NCBI GenBank assembly: GCA_000165425.1 | Contig: CT868540.1 | Location: forward strand, 372,001-436,000 | Direction: 5' to 3' | Length of the DNA stretch: 64,000 nucleotides | DNA from: Paramecium tetraurelia | Lineage: Eukaryota | Made by a program: the position numbers and the translations under genes | Notes under the pieces: model-generated | The model's database searches: none | The model's input: only the letters and a program-made list of their open reading frames with translations | What the model was told of the DNA's origin: nothing | Shown: in pieces, positions 12,694 to 25,300 of the stretch | Numbering within the stretch: position 1 is the stretch's first letter | How the letters are laid out: each line of letters opens with the position of its first letter

Positions 12694-15600
12694 TCATTGT
12701 TTAAAACCACTAGTTCCAGCTTTCAATTCTATTTCTTAAGAACCCTTTAGTGGTTATTTATTTTCTATGGCTCTCTTCTTTCTAAGGAATGTGGAAGGTC
12801 TTTTCATTTTACCCTATAATTAATAGAATTCATAGGTGTACCTATATAGTTTCAGGATTAGCTTCAGGGGCAACTTGTTCTTTAAATAATTCAATGGATT
12901 AGAAATATTGATCGGGAATTTATTTAATGCAGTATCCAACACCCAAACTACACATACCAATAATAATGCAAGCGACATGATGGCCAAAATCAAGAGGAGT
13001 GACTTTAATTGCTTTTCCACCTAATTAACTAATTAGATTATAAGATAAAAGTTTACACAATAAGAATTTGAACAACAATAGTTCCAACAATAACACCTAT
13101 GAAAAGATAGTTGTTAAAGAATCCATCAAATACATTCAATTCAGTTTTTTTCAATTTTCTAGCATTGATTTCATTGAAGACTTGCAAGAATACAAAAATA
13201 TGGAAGAAGATAGTATAATGTTCTTGATAGACAGGGCTAAAATAAGATAAATTATTATAGATACTTGTATTCTTCATCCAATCTATGTCCTCTACTAGAT
13301 TCGATACCAAAAATGGAATCTCCACGGAATAAAATGATCAAAAGAACAAATAGTTAGAATGCTGCTTAACATATAATGCTTCTCCACATTCCAGGCGTGA
13401 TCATGTGTTCTTTTCTTCCATAAGGCTTACGAGTCAATAATTCATCAGTGGGAGGTTCAGTGGCCAAAGCCAAAGATGCCAATGTATCCATTATGAGATT
13501 AACCCACAACATTTGAATACTAGTTAATGGAGACTCTTTTAGGAAGACTCCTCCCAAAAATGCCATAGTAACTGCAACTACATTGACAGTGACTTAAAAT
13601 ACAAGGAACTTTCTGATGCAATCGAAGATATTTCTACCCCATTTCATGGCTGTAACAATTGAAGCAAAATTATCATCTAGAAGTATAATACCTGCTGCTT
13701 CCTTTGCAACTTCTGTTCCTTGAATTCCCATTGCAAATCCTACGTCTGCCTTTTTTAATGCTGGTGCATCATTTGTACCATCTCCTGTTACTGCTACAAC
13801 ATTCTCAAGTTATTTCAGACCAGTAACCAATAAAAACTTGTCTTCTGGAGAAGATCTGGCTAGGACTTTTAATTCTTAAGCAATTGTGGTGAAATTCTAT
13901 AAATTCTTCACTTTTGGTATTTCATTTCCTTTTTCATCCTTTTCATATTCTAATCCTTCAACCATTTATCTGAAGGTCTTTCCTTCCATTACAGCAAGTG
14001 AATCTTCATGATGTTCATAATTTGGTGGTAAGATTCCTGCCTTCTTAGAAATGGCAACTGCAGTATCAAAATTATCACCTGTAACCATTCTTACAGTTAC
14101 TCCTGCTTCCTTGCATTATTATACTGCTTTGATGATTCCCTCTTTCAATGGATCTTATAAACCAGTAACTCCAATAATTGTATAAGATTTGTCAATTAGA
14201 TCTTCCACATTGTTAAATTCTTCTGGTTTTTATGGTCTACCTTAGATCATGGTTTCTCTATACAACAATAAGATTGATCTTAATGATTAGGATGCATAAT
14301 TCTTAATAATACTATTAATTTTTTGTTTATAATCGTTGGTAATTCTAAAATATTAGAAATTATAATTACACAGTTGCCTTGCCTTCAGCATTAATGTAAT
14401 GAGAACATTTATCTAAAAGCATATCTGGAGCACCTTTAGTATAAATTTTGAATTGTGTTTTATCTCCTTTTGGATCTAAAATGATTGTCATCTTCTTTTT
14501 TTCTGAACTGAAAGGGAACTTCTTCTTGATCTTTTCTCCCATATTCTATCTAATTTATCTGAAATCATATCCAAATTTGTAACACATTTCCAATAAAGCA
14601 CACTCAGTTTTATTACCAATATGTTCAAATTTACCTGATTCATCTATTTATGGATGTGCCATAGAATTCAAACAGATACCTTCACATAGTAATTCTAAAG
14701 TTGAATTTTTAATGGCTTTAGGATCCAACTTACTAAAATCAGTATCTTCAACATATAAATTGGTGACAGTCATTTTATTTTCAGTCAATGTACCTGTTTT
14801 ATCACTACAAATATTGTTTGCACCTCCCATAGTTTCACATGCAGATAAAAATCTAACGAGATTTTTTTCATCTTTCATTTTACCAACAGAATATGCCAAA
14901 GCTATTGTTACAGCCAATGGCAATCCTTCAGGGACAGCAACAACAATAATTGTAACTGAGACGATAAAGAAGTTGAGTATTTCTTTTACTGCATGGGCAG
15001 AGAATAAAGGATATTCATTAAACACTGCATCATAGAGTAAATGAAGTGTCATTGCAATAAATGTAATCACGGCTGCCTTTAACCCATATTCACCAATTTA
15101 ATCAGCCAAAATTCCCAACTTCTCTTACAAAGGTGTTTTATCATCTTTAGTTTATTGAGTCATTAATTTTTTAGAAATTCCCCATTGTGAGTTTTCTCCA
15201 ACTGCCAAGATGAGAATTTCACCTGTGCCTTCAATGATTGATGAACCACTTATCAAAAATGGATTAGCTTTATCTTATTATTCGTATATAACTGGGACAT
15301 TCTTTTTAATAGGATTTGTCTCTCCTGTAATTGAAGACTCATCTGCTTTTAAATCACTTGATTCAATTACAACTCCATCAACAGGCAATTTCTCACCTGT
15401 ATCAACTATCATAATATCTCCAACAACCAATTCATATATATTAGTACTCACTATTTTACCACCTCTTTTTACATTCACATTTCTATTTTCTGCTATTGCA
15501 TTCAATTTTCTGAATTATTAGTCTTTTACATAATTATTTCCTGCGGTAACTGATACTATAATAATAACTGCTATGAAAATTGCCATTCCATCCATCCATC

Positions 15601-16107
15601 CCTAATCAAATCTTATTGATCAATACTTCTTTCCATCCCTCTGTCCATACACCGATAATCAAATTCACTGCTGCAGCCAAACACAGAATTCTAAGCATTG
15701 GATCTTCAAAGTTTTCAAGGATCTAATCCATCAATTCATAAATTTACATATTCCAAAAGTGCCTTTGGCTCTTTTATTTCAGGCTTATTGTCACCAAAAC
15801 TATTGTTAAATATACATATCTTACTTCTTCACTCTCAATTCCATATCATTGATATTACTGCTATCTAACCCTTTCTATAAATATATATTTCTGATTTACT
15901 TTTGGATCTGTTCTCAACTTCATCATCAACCCTTCAATCTTTCCATGTCTACCCAACTATACCAAGCTTGATCCATCTCTAACATTTTCGGGAGTAAACA
16001 AGATGCTTAAATATTTGATATATCTTTTACGATAATTCTTTTGCTGTCATTCCAAAGTCAGAGAAAGTACTTCCCACTAAGAGATTCTCCTCTAGTTAAG
16101 ATGCCAT
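12694..16107 (-). CDS. PMCA: Plasma-membrane Ca2+-ATPase (P-type IIB)
   Basis: [25 protein letters not shown] phosphorylation site, [38 protein letters not shown]; five tiny introns in the first ~500 nt plus others; short basic C-tail [11 protein letters not shown]. Confidence 0.97.
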
Positions 16108-17327
16108 TTTTAATTAAAATTTAATTATCAAATATCACTCATTTTCTTATTTAATACTCATTATTAAATTTATTATAAAATGTGTCATCATCAAAACTCA
16201 TTTCAATTGTTTACCTTAAATGACGCCATTTGTTAAGCACTCCCTCTTTTAACTCTTCATTCCAATTACATTTTACACATTTTAATTATAAAATGGATTT
16301 TCATCGTTTCGTTTATAGAATAACTCATCCTTTGACTAGATTACACCTTAGTTTGATGCTGAGATTCCTACATATGATTATTGATTTTAAAATAGCATAG
16401 TTTCATCATTATTAACCAAACTAACTAATTTAATATTATAATGGTGGATTAAATTTTATTATAAAAAAATTAGCTCAAATCTTAGAAATTCATCCTTTAT
16501 TCATAATTAAATTTTTTATCTCCTTTGTGATTACAAATTTATCCTAAATATGTAGTTGATTCTTTAAAATGCTTAAAATATATGATCTTATTTCAGAGAA
16601 AGGTCTAACAAAAGTGCAAAATTACGCTTCAAATACCACATTTTCTTAATTCAAAATATATGAAAGAATTCTAAGATTTAAAGCTTAAACGAAATATTTC
16701 TAATAATGTAAATGTATTATTATAATTCTTTGAATTCAATTTTAATATTAAAAAGAGTTAAATTTCTTTAAAAAAAATTATAGTTCCAGAATTTAATTTG
16801 CGAATTAGAATATTTCATTATATTTCAATTCATTCTTTAAATTACAAAAATGCATTTGTATGATCTTCCTAGGTATATTAGAATAACAGAGAAGTTTAAT
16901 TTTATTATGAGCTTTTCATTTGAATTTGTAAGTTAATATCTTAATTTACTTTTTAGGATTACTTAAGACTATTTATCTTTCCAACTCTAAACAATTAATT
17001 TTGGGTTTCTTAATATAACGTACTTTTAACAATTAAAGCATCAATTAACAGTCGGTTATAAGATAAGATATAAATCATCGATCTAATCAATATAAAATTT
17101 TTTTTTGACAGTTTTAAATAGTAGCTATATTTAATGGTGTATAATAATTATATATAAAAATATCTAATTAAATTTTTCCTTTTTGTTTTCCTTTATTTTT
17201 GCGAGATGCGAAAGAATGCTGATTTTAATGATTTATTAAGTAATTAATAGATATCAATAGATATTAATTGTTTGAGATAATATAAAATAACCGATTATCA
17301 TAAATATAATAATTATATATTCATAAT

Positions 17328-19872
17328 ATGGGCTGTATTGGAAGCACTTCTAGAAACTTGCAATAACCAACTTTCTCTGCAATTCTAACGGAAATTTTTG
17401 AATTAGTACCAAGAGAGGAATCATTAAAAGAGTTCAATAAGAAATCCGAAATAATGAAATACTTTAATGAGTTTGACTGGGCCAAGATATAACCTTAGTT
17501 TAAGTTAGAAGTAAAAACGTTGATAGATCACATAGAATCTTATAAAATTAGACTGATTGATTCTGCATTATATGTAGAGAGTAAAATAGTAAAAATAACA
17601 AACAATTAATTAGAAACTGTCTTAAAATCCTATTATAATAAAAATGTGCATGCACATATTATAAGAGCTCATTCTCAATTTAGATAAGTTTATATAATTG
17701 AAAGAAATTCCAGTTTAAAATTAGCTTCTTGAAGAATCCAAAATTGAAATAAGTCAGAGGTCTATCCAAATAGAACACATACAAACCTTAACCTAAGTAT
17801 CAGATAACTTTTTAAAATTTGAATTAGCGTTCTCTAATATTATCTCGTAATTGATTAATGATAAAATGACATATGCGATGTAAGAATAACATAATTTCTT
17901 AAGGGTTTGGTGGTCTTAGTTTTTAGAAACCTTGGAATCATTCTCTAATAAAAAAGGAAATAAATAGTTCCAGAGCGAGAATATCCAATGCATTTTGACA
18001 TTCCTAGAATATATAATAGGAACAAAGTTGGGTTATTCAGATTAATTGTAAATAATAAAATTACATTAGCGAATGGGTAACTAAGACCAATGAGGAAATG
18101 TCAGCAGTTTAGGAATTGCTGGATTTGATATCAGATCCATTTATTGTGATGTCAGTCTATAGGAATGCTTTTCTAAGAATACCACAAGAAAGAATATTTG
18201 TGACAAAAAGTTAAAAAGCTCTATTTAATATTTTGATGAAGGATCATAAAAAGTTTGCCACTCAACCTATATGGCACAAATTAACAGAAACATTTCTGGG
18301 AAGAGCTTTAAATTAATAGTTATATGAAGAATTATTTTAAATGTTATTCAATAATTTTGATGAAGATTATTGGAAAAATCCCTCTGATATCTTTGATATG
18401 ACCTTTATTGTTTTAGAAGTAGCCAAAGAAATCAATTAATTGTCTAATACTGAGCTATTTATATTTACTAAATTAGTTGATTACTTAGATACTCCTAATG
18501 ATAAGATTATATTTGACAGTCCCAGCGGTCCTCCTTTGCTCAAGAAAACTTCAGAATATAAAAATTTTCACGTTACTTCAAATGTGAAAAACTCAATTAT
18601 TAAATTATTAATTAGTCTATTTAATTCAATTGAAACAAATTAGTTTATTCTGTTTCAACAAACCTAAACTATCAAGGCTGTTCTTAATAATTTGAGATCT
18701 AATCCAGAATTAGAGACCTTCACTGATACTAAATTATGTTTAATCGCATTGCTCAAATAAATATCATCAGATACAAATAGTGTCCAGTCATTTATACAAT
18801 AAATCCTTACTTTCACATACAATTACAATTTAAATTTAATAAATAATACAGCTATAAATGTTGATATTTTAATAAACTTATTGATGATTTTGCAGGAATG
18901 CATATTGAAGATAGAGGCCTTTAATTCAACAATCATAATCACTGAAGAAATGATAGTTATGTTGATTGAAATAGCTGAAATAAGTCATTAAATTTCATTA
19001 AAATGTGCTTAAATTTTAACAACTTTATTTTTATAAACAGGAAAAATAAACTCAAATGAAAATAATGAAATTAATTCATATCTTGTACCCAATTCCAATA
19101 TTATTGGATTAAGTGCTTTTTTTTTATCGAACTCTGTTTTACTTAGTTACGATGAGCCAACAGATGCTAGAACATTAATAAATTAATTTTTTGATTTCAT
19201 CCCTGGAAGATTAACAAATCAACAAATAGTGTCTATCATTGCATATTTAATTGATGATACATAGATTAAACAAGGAAGCAACAAATTGAGTAAGTCTAAT
19301 AGAAAAGTTAACTTTGATCAATACAAAGACAAGGAATTAAGGTTGTGCATGATAATTAAGCTAATTTCATTTATGGATGAAGAAGTTTCGAAAGAATATA
19401 ATGAACTTTTATATTCATTTCTTGGAGCATAGTTTTAAGTATATAAGAAAAAGGGATTTGGTGCATAGTATAAAATTAATTGTTATTATAAGTTAGGATT
19501 TATAGAATTTATTAAAAAAAAGTAATATTAACACAGAAATTCAGGAAATATTATCAAAATGCACTTCAATAAGTCCGATTGATTTTGAGAAAATTAAGAA
19601 ATAATTCAAAGAAAACCTATCTAATTAGAATAATTAAAATGGAATAATAAATTTAGATGATATTTAAGTGAAAGAAGATATTGAAGTATTATAAAATTAC
19701 ATAATAATAGAGAGGATCCATTTTAAATTAGTCCTTTTAGGCTCCCAGTCACATAGATGTTTAATTGGATGAAAGTTTTGAATAATAGTTGTAGACTATA
19801 AAAAAATAGAAGATGAAATAAGAAAAATTAGAACATTTAACCACTGAGTAGAGGGAACTGATGGAGTATTGA
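17328..19872 (+). CDS. N-acylated helical-repeat protein, possibly EFR3-like
   Basis: MGCIGSTS N-terminus (Gly2/Cys3); 22-25-nt introns ~17589, ~17880, ~18048; Leu/Ile-rich helical repeats; the 3' frame closes at TGA 19870-19872 (middle not fully traced). Confidence 0.6.
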
Positions 19873-19950
19873 TTTATGTTGTTTTATTTGTATTTCAAAA
19901 TAAACAAAATACTGAAATATTAATTTCAATCATAGATCTAGCATAATAAT

Positions 19951-20580
19951 ATGATTTTGTAATATAATAAAAGTGTGAAAGTATTATTTAATGTGGACAG
20001 GATAAGTCTTGGATGATCCGACTAAAAAGTTCATTATTGTTAAAATAATATTATTTATTAGATATTTACTATATTAGTTAGATTCCATTCAAGCTAATCT
20101 CTATATTTTAGTGCAATCAATAGACTGTAATTGAAGATATCAAATATTATAAATATAAAATAATAAAGATTAATTAAATTCTAAAAGAATATAATGGGAA
20201 TTTGAAAATAGCTTATGAAGTACTCAAAACAAGGAGTATATGAAGAATAATTTATATAAAATAAGAAAACACTCATTTATTGCTGCAATATTGGAACACT
20301 AGGCTAAGCATTATGAACTTCCAATATAGACCCTTAAAAATTATTGCAAAATAATAACTTAATTATTTTTAGGACTTTTATAACATATATTTTGAAGATG
20401 AGTTAGAAAAATCTCGTTTCTTTAGGGGATGGAACATTTTATAATTGAAAATTAAGTTTTAATAAAATCAATATTTTTATTATTAGCCATTTTATAACAA
20501 ATAATTATTAGAAAAAATTGCTACCACCAAGTTAATTGATGACTTTTGTGAAGAATAAAGTGAAAATTTTATAATTTCAG
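19951..20580 (+). pseudogene. Coding-like fragments with a frame break and no clean stop (possible degenerate gene)
   Basis: Frame IYYISQIPFKL...LKIAYEVLKTRSI* is followed by another frame KEYMKNNLYKIRKHSFIAAILEH...FFRGWNIL; I found no plausible intron joining them and no TGA in that frame before the convergent gene. Confidence 0.3.
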
Positions 20581-20601
20581 GTATAAATAAATAAAAGTCT
20601 A

Positions 20602-22328
20602 TCACACAATTTCATTATGGATAGAACACTCATAAATTTCAAGCTCATCTACTTGAAATTCAGTTTTACCAGCTAAACAACCTAATCCATTTATATTATT
20701 GCAGATATTGTTTTTTTTATTACAACAATCAACGAATATCTCAATATCATTGCCAAGTTTTAATAAATAGTTGGAATTGATAGCTAATTTCAACTCTTTT
20801 TTGTAATCCACCCTTTTCTTACTTTAAAAATTAATTATTTATATTCGACTGTTTTAATTAAATATTCCAAAAACTGAATCATTGTCTACTGATCGAATAA
20901 GAATCAAGATGGAAGTTGCTTTTTTAATAGAGGTTAACTATTCTTCTGATGCAAGATAAAAATTATTCTCGGTTCTAATAAAAACATGGAGATATACCCT
21001 CGATACAATAATTTGAATTTAATTTACTGATAGATTTTGGCATTCAAAATCTCTCCCAAATAAGAGAGTTCTGACAGGGTGAAAACCGTTTGAGGTGTGC
21101 TATTGAAATGCAGTTGGCTTTTAAAAAATGTGTTGTCACTTTAATCGATCGATGAACTCTCCAATGGAATAGATTCAGCTACTTGTTGTAATACAAATTA
21201 GGAGGACTCAATGTCTTAGGAATTCGAATTATTCAAATTGCTAGCGTTGATTGAGGTTTTCTTTTGATTTTCAATTAATTATTGTAGATTTTCAATTCTT
21301 TCTTCGAGCATCTTAGATTTTAATTATAGTTCATTATTCTCTTTGATTGAGCACTTAAAGGATAGAATAGAGAATTAGTACTTATAACTTCATTTTAAGT
21401 TCTTCAATATCTCTCTGTTATTCGATAATAAGTTTGGAGGACCTATCGGAACAAGAAGCTTAGGTTAAATTGAAATTGTACATGAATTGACGCTGCTGGA
21501 GTATGATTTGCCCATGAAGGTTTGCAATCTTCTAGCATCATTGTCTGAATAGATGTCTTCAACTTTGTATATAGAGTTGACAATTTTAATTGTGTTTTCT
21601 TGCCTTTCTTCTTAAGTTTGAAATCTAATATTTACATAATACTGTATAATTTTGAGAATATCATCTGGAGTTAAGAACTTTTCAGGAAAGGATTTCTTAT
21701 TTTTTTATTCATTGTGAAATGATAGAAGTTTGATTAGGATGTCTTCTTTTAAATGTAAAACATTGATAGGGATGTCATCATTTTGTTTAGTGCAACAAAT
21801 AGAATAATAATTTTATCGATAAAACTCTAATTTTTGTATGGGCAATATGATTTTCCATAATTGAGGATTTTCATCCAAATAATCAATATATTTTTCTCTT
21901 AGTGATTCAATTTCATATAATTCAGCTAGTGTTAATACAATATGAATATCTATTCTTTGGAAGTTTTCGTATAATGAATCCTAAAGAGTAGTGATAAAAT
22001 TATTAATTTATAGAAAGTGAGAGATTTTATAAGCAGAGTAAAATTCTTCAGCTTTGTAAATGTGATACTGGTAACCATAAAAACAGTTGAGTATTTTTTA
22101 AAATACTACTCCATCGTGTTTGCCGGGTATAACTTTAAATTTGGAGTCACTATTATGCAGTTGCGTTTCGAAATATTGGCTTCTTTTTTTAAGTAACCTG
22201 ATCTACAATTAAAAAGTTTCTTTGCCATTCAAAACCAATATGATATCTGCATTTGGATCAATTGGAAAATGACTTTACAAATCATTGTTTTCAATATTGA
22301 CAAATTTCAAAGTGGCCAATGAATTCAT
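20602..22328 (-). CDS. BTB/POZ + TLDc domain protein
   Basis: N-term ADIILVLNGKETFQLQIRLLKKRSQYF (BTB); C-term KLLYRG, LILIRSVDNDSVFG, FQVDELEIY (TLDc); TGA at 20602. Confidence 0.75.
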
Positions 22329-22398
22329 AGAATGAATTATATAAAAAATATTATTGTCATTGTTTATATAATAATAATATAATATATTTATCAAAATC

Positions 22399-25300
22399 TC
22401 ATTCGGTTGAGCATAAGAGTGCAACTCCTCTTAACTTCCATTTATGAGCACCTGTACCTTCACAAGGCAATCCAACTCTACAAATGAGATATTTGTCAGT
22501 TCTTCTTGGATACTAAGATGAATAACACAAAATAATACCTTATAAACAGGACAACTGTAAGTTGAAGAATTCTTTTCAGCATCAGCACCCTTCTTCTTAT
22601 TGATAGCAGTGACATAAAGGATGGGCAAAGGAGCAAACATCTTCTTAGGTTCAGACTCATCAAGTCCATTTCTACTCCATTTGCATCCCTCAAGAGATAA
22701 TCCACTCACATAGACACCTTCTGATTGAATATCTCTGATTTGTTCATATTCTCTTTCTTTAACTTATGTGGATTGTACAACATCATCCAATGACCAAGCA
22801 TCCTTGTCTCCTGGTTTGCCCTTGTGCATACGAGTGACTTCTTATTTGACTGCAGTCAAGAACCCTTGAGGATTGAAGAAACCACCAAGCCAAAAGTGAT
22901 TGGGTCTGTTGCTCTTCAACCAATCATTTAATTGTTTATTACGATCTATCAATGAACTGAACCATGCTCCTAGAGTGGGCAAGATCCATGAGATTTCGAC
23001 ACCTGTAGCATCATAAACCCAAGTAAGAGGTACTTTGGCATCATACATCGAATTGATAGCATCTAAAATATCAGGAGTCATGATGATCTGTCCATCAATT
23101 GCATCAATGACATCTGACAATGTTTTTCTGCAAATGGCAATAACTATTTGCATTCTTTGGATTTCTTGATATAAGAAAATGTTAAGTGGCACAGTCAATC
23201 CCTTATCTGGAAGATTCTTTGGACCTGCTAATTTACGAACTTGTTCTCTAACTTCCAGATCAACATAGTCTGAGGGTAATTTAGCTAATAACTCTCTAGC
23301 TTTATCCTAGACTATTTCTTCTCTTGTTTTTCCACCGCCACCGCCGGAATCCTTTGGTCTAGTGTCCATAATTGTTATAATCATCTCAGTAGATTCTTTC
23401 TTTCTAAATGTAATATCAGCATTAACATGTAATCCAAATACTTCAGGATTATCAATGTCTGGTAATTACTTAATGACATCGTGATACTTAATGAGTTCTG
23501 GCATTTAAGTTGTGGCAGGGATTTTGTATTAGAATTTAGTTGGTTTAGTACCACCTCCTGCATCAAATGGTGCTTCAGCTATAACATACTCATTTCCAAA
23601 GATTGCTTCCTTTAAGTAATCTTCACCATAGGCATTAAACAATTCTCTATCCAAATCATCAGTAATACGACCACCATATTGCACTTCACAAATCATGTAT
23701 CTAATGACATTCATATTCAAGTTCAAGTTTGGTGATTATGAAGGAGGTCCACTAAGGAATGAATTCAAGTATTTTTCAATAAATGCAAGGGAGGCTTCAA
23801 GATCTGGATTATTAAATTCGTAAGGTACACACCATCCAAGAGGACCGAACTTACGTCTTTCAATGACAATTGAATGTAAGAAACAAATTGTATAGATAAG
23901 ACTTCTCCAATTTGGATGTTCGACCTTTTCCAAGAATTCTTAGGTGATGATTGTAGTAAAGGTCTTATATAAACCTGCCTTCAATCCCTTAGGTGGTTCA
24001 TTTGTAACTTTGATAGTCTTTTGTAATAGACCCAATGGGAATCTAGGATGTTATTCACAGGTAATCCACAATCTGAAGTCATCATTTATGGTTGCCTCTG
24101 GATTAACAATGGTTTCGATTTCTTCCATGAATTTAAGACCCAAATGACAATTTTAGAGAATAACCCACATACCAGTTTCGAAACCATTCTTAATGACTCT
24201 TCTGGCAGCTTCTTCTTGACCTTCTCCCATTGACACTTTTTCACAAAATACTTTTCTCTTCTTTCTTGAGAGATCATCTATAGATGAAGTAGGATCAGCA
24301 CCAGCAGACAATAAGAATAATACTGGATCAGTTTTGGAACTTTCTGCCCAAATAGAATCAATAGGATATGAAATAGGAGCAGTAAATTCTTTGCCAAGAG
24401 TTGCATTAATAAAATGAGTAGCAGCAACTAAGGTTCTATCTTCTTTAAGTGATCTTACGAGACATAAGGAAATGAATGGACCAATTTCTTTGTCTGCTGC
24501 TATACGTTCAGCAAAATCTGGAATTGGTGAATTTTCAGGATCATTTCTATCATTCCATTATCTCCATTGTTGTTCATTTCTAGAAATGGATTCTGGTAGA
24601 TCTCTAAAGAAGGCCATTTGATCTCCATTGAAATGATGTCTAGACAAGGCTAAAATGTTGAGCCATTATTTCTCATCCAAGAATTAGAATGGTTTCTGTT
24701 TTTCTGCTTTTGCATCCAAAGCTGCACCACTCTTCAAGAATTGTGATACATCTCCAGCATTAATTTTTTTGTCTGTTTGTTTAACTTTGAAACACATCAT
24801 TAAAATGAATGAAATCTTATCCTTTTCAAATAGACCTCTATTGACATACTTATAAACATAGAAGGTGAGATATTTAATGATGTTATCAACTCTTTTAGAG
24901 GGTAATGTATTTCTTTCAGATTGATCAATAGAATCATTAAACAACTTCAAGAATTGTTCCAAAGAGGAATTATACATCCAATTGATTAATGAGACTTCCA
25001 AAATAGTGAAATACAAGGCTGAACCTCTGATTGCAACTGGTCTATATTATTCTCTCTTTTCATTAATTTCTCTGGTCTTGACTTCAGCATCCAACAATTT
25101 CACTGAAACTTCTTTGGCTTAAGTCTTTGTACTTCCCAACACTTCAATCAAACCTTCGTCTTCCAAAAGATTACCAGAAGATTGAGTCAATCTTTCTAAC
25201 AAATTCTTATCTAATCTTTATAGATCTTTCTTATTTTAATTGACATCTGCCAATAATTAATTGAGAGAGTCTTCCAAAGCTTTTTATTCTTTACTGATGA

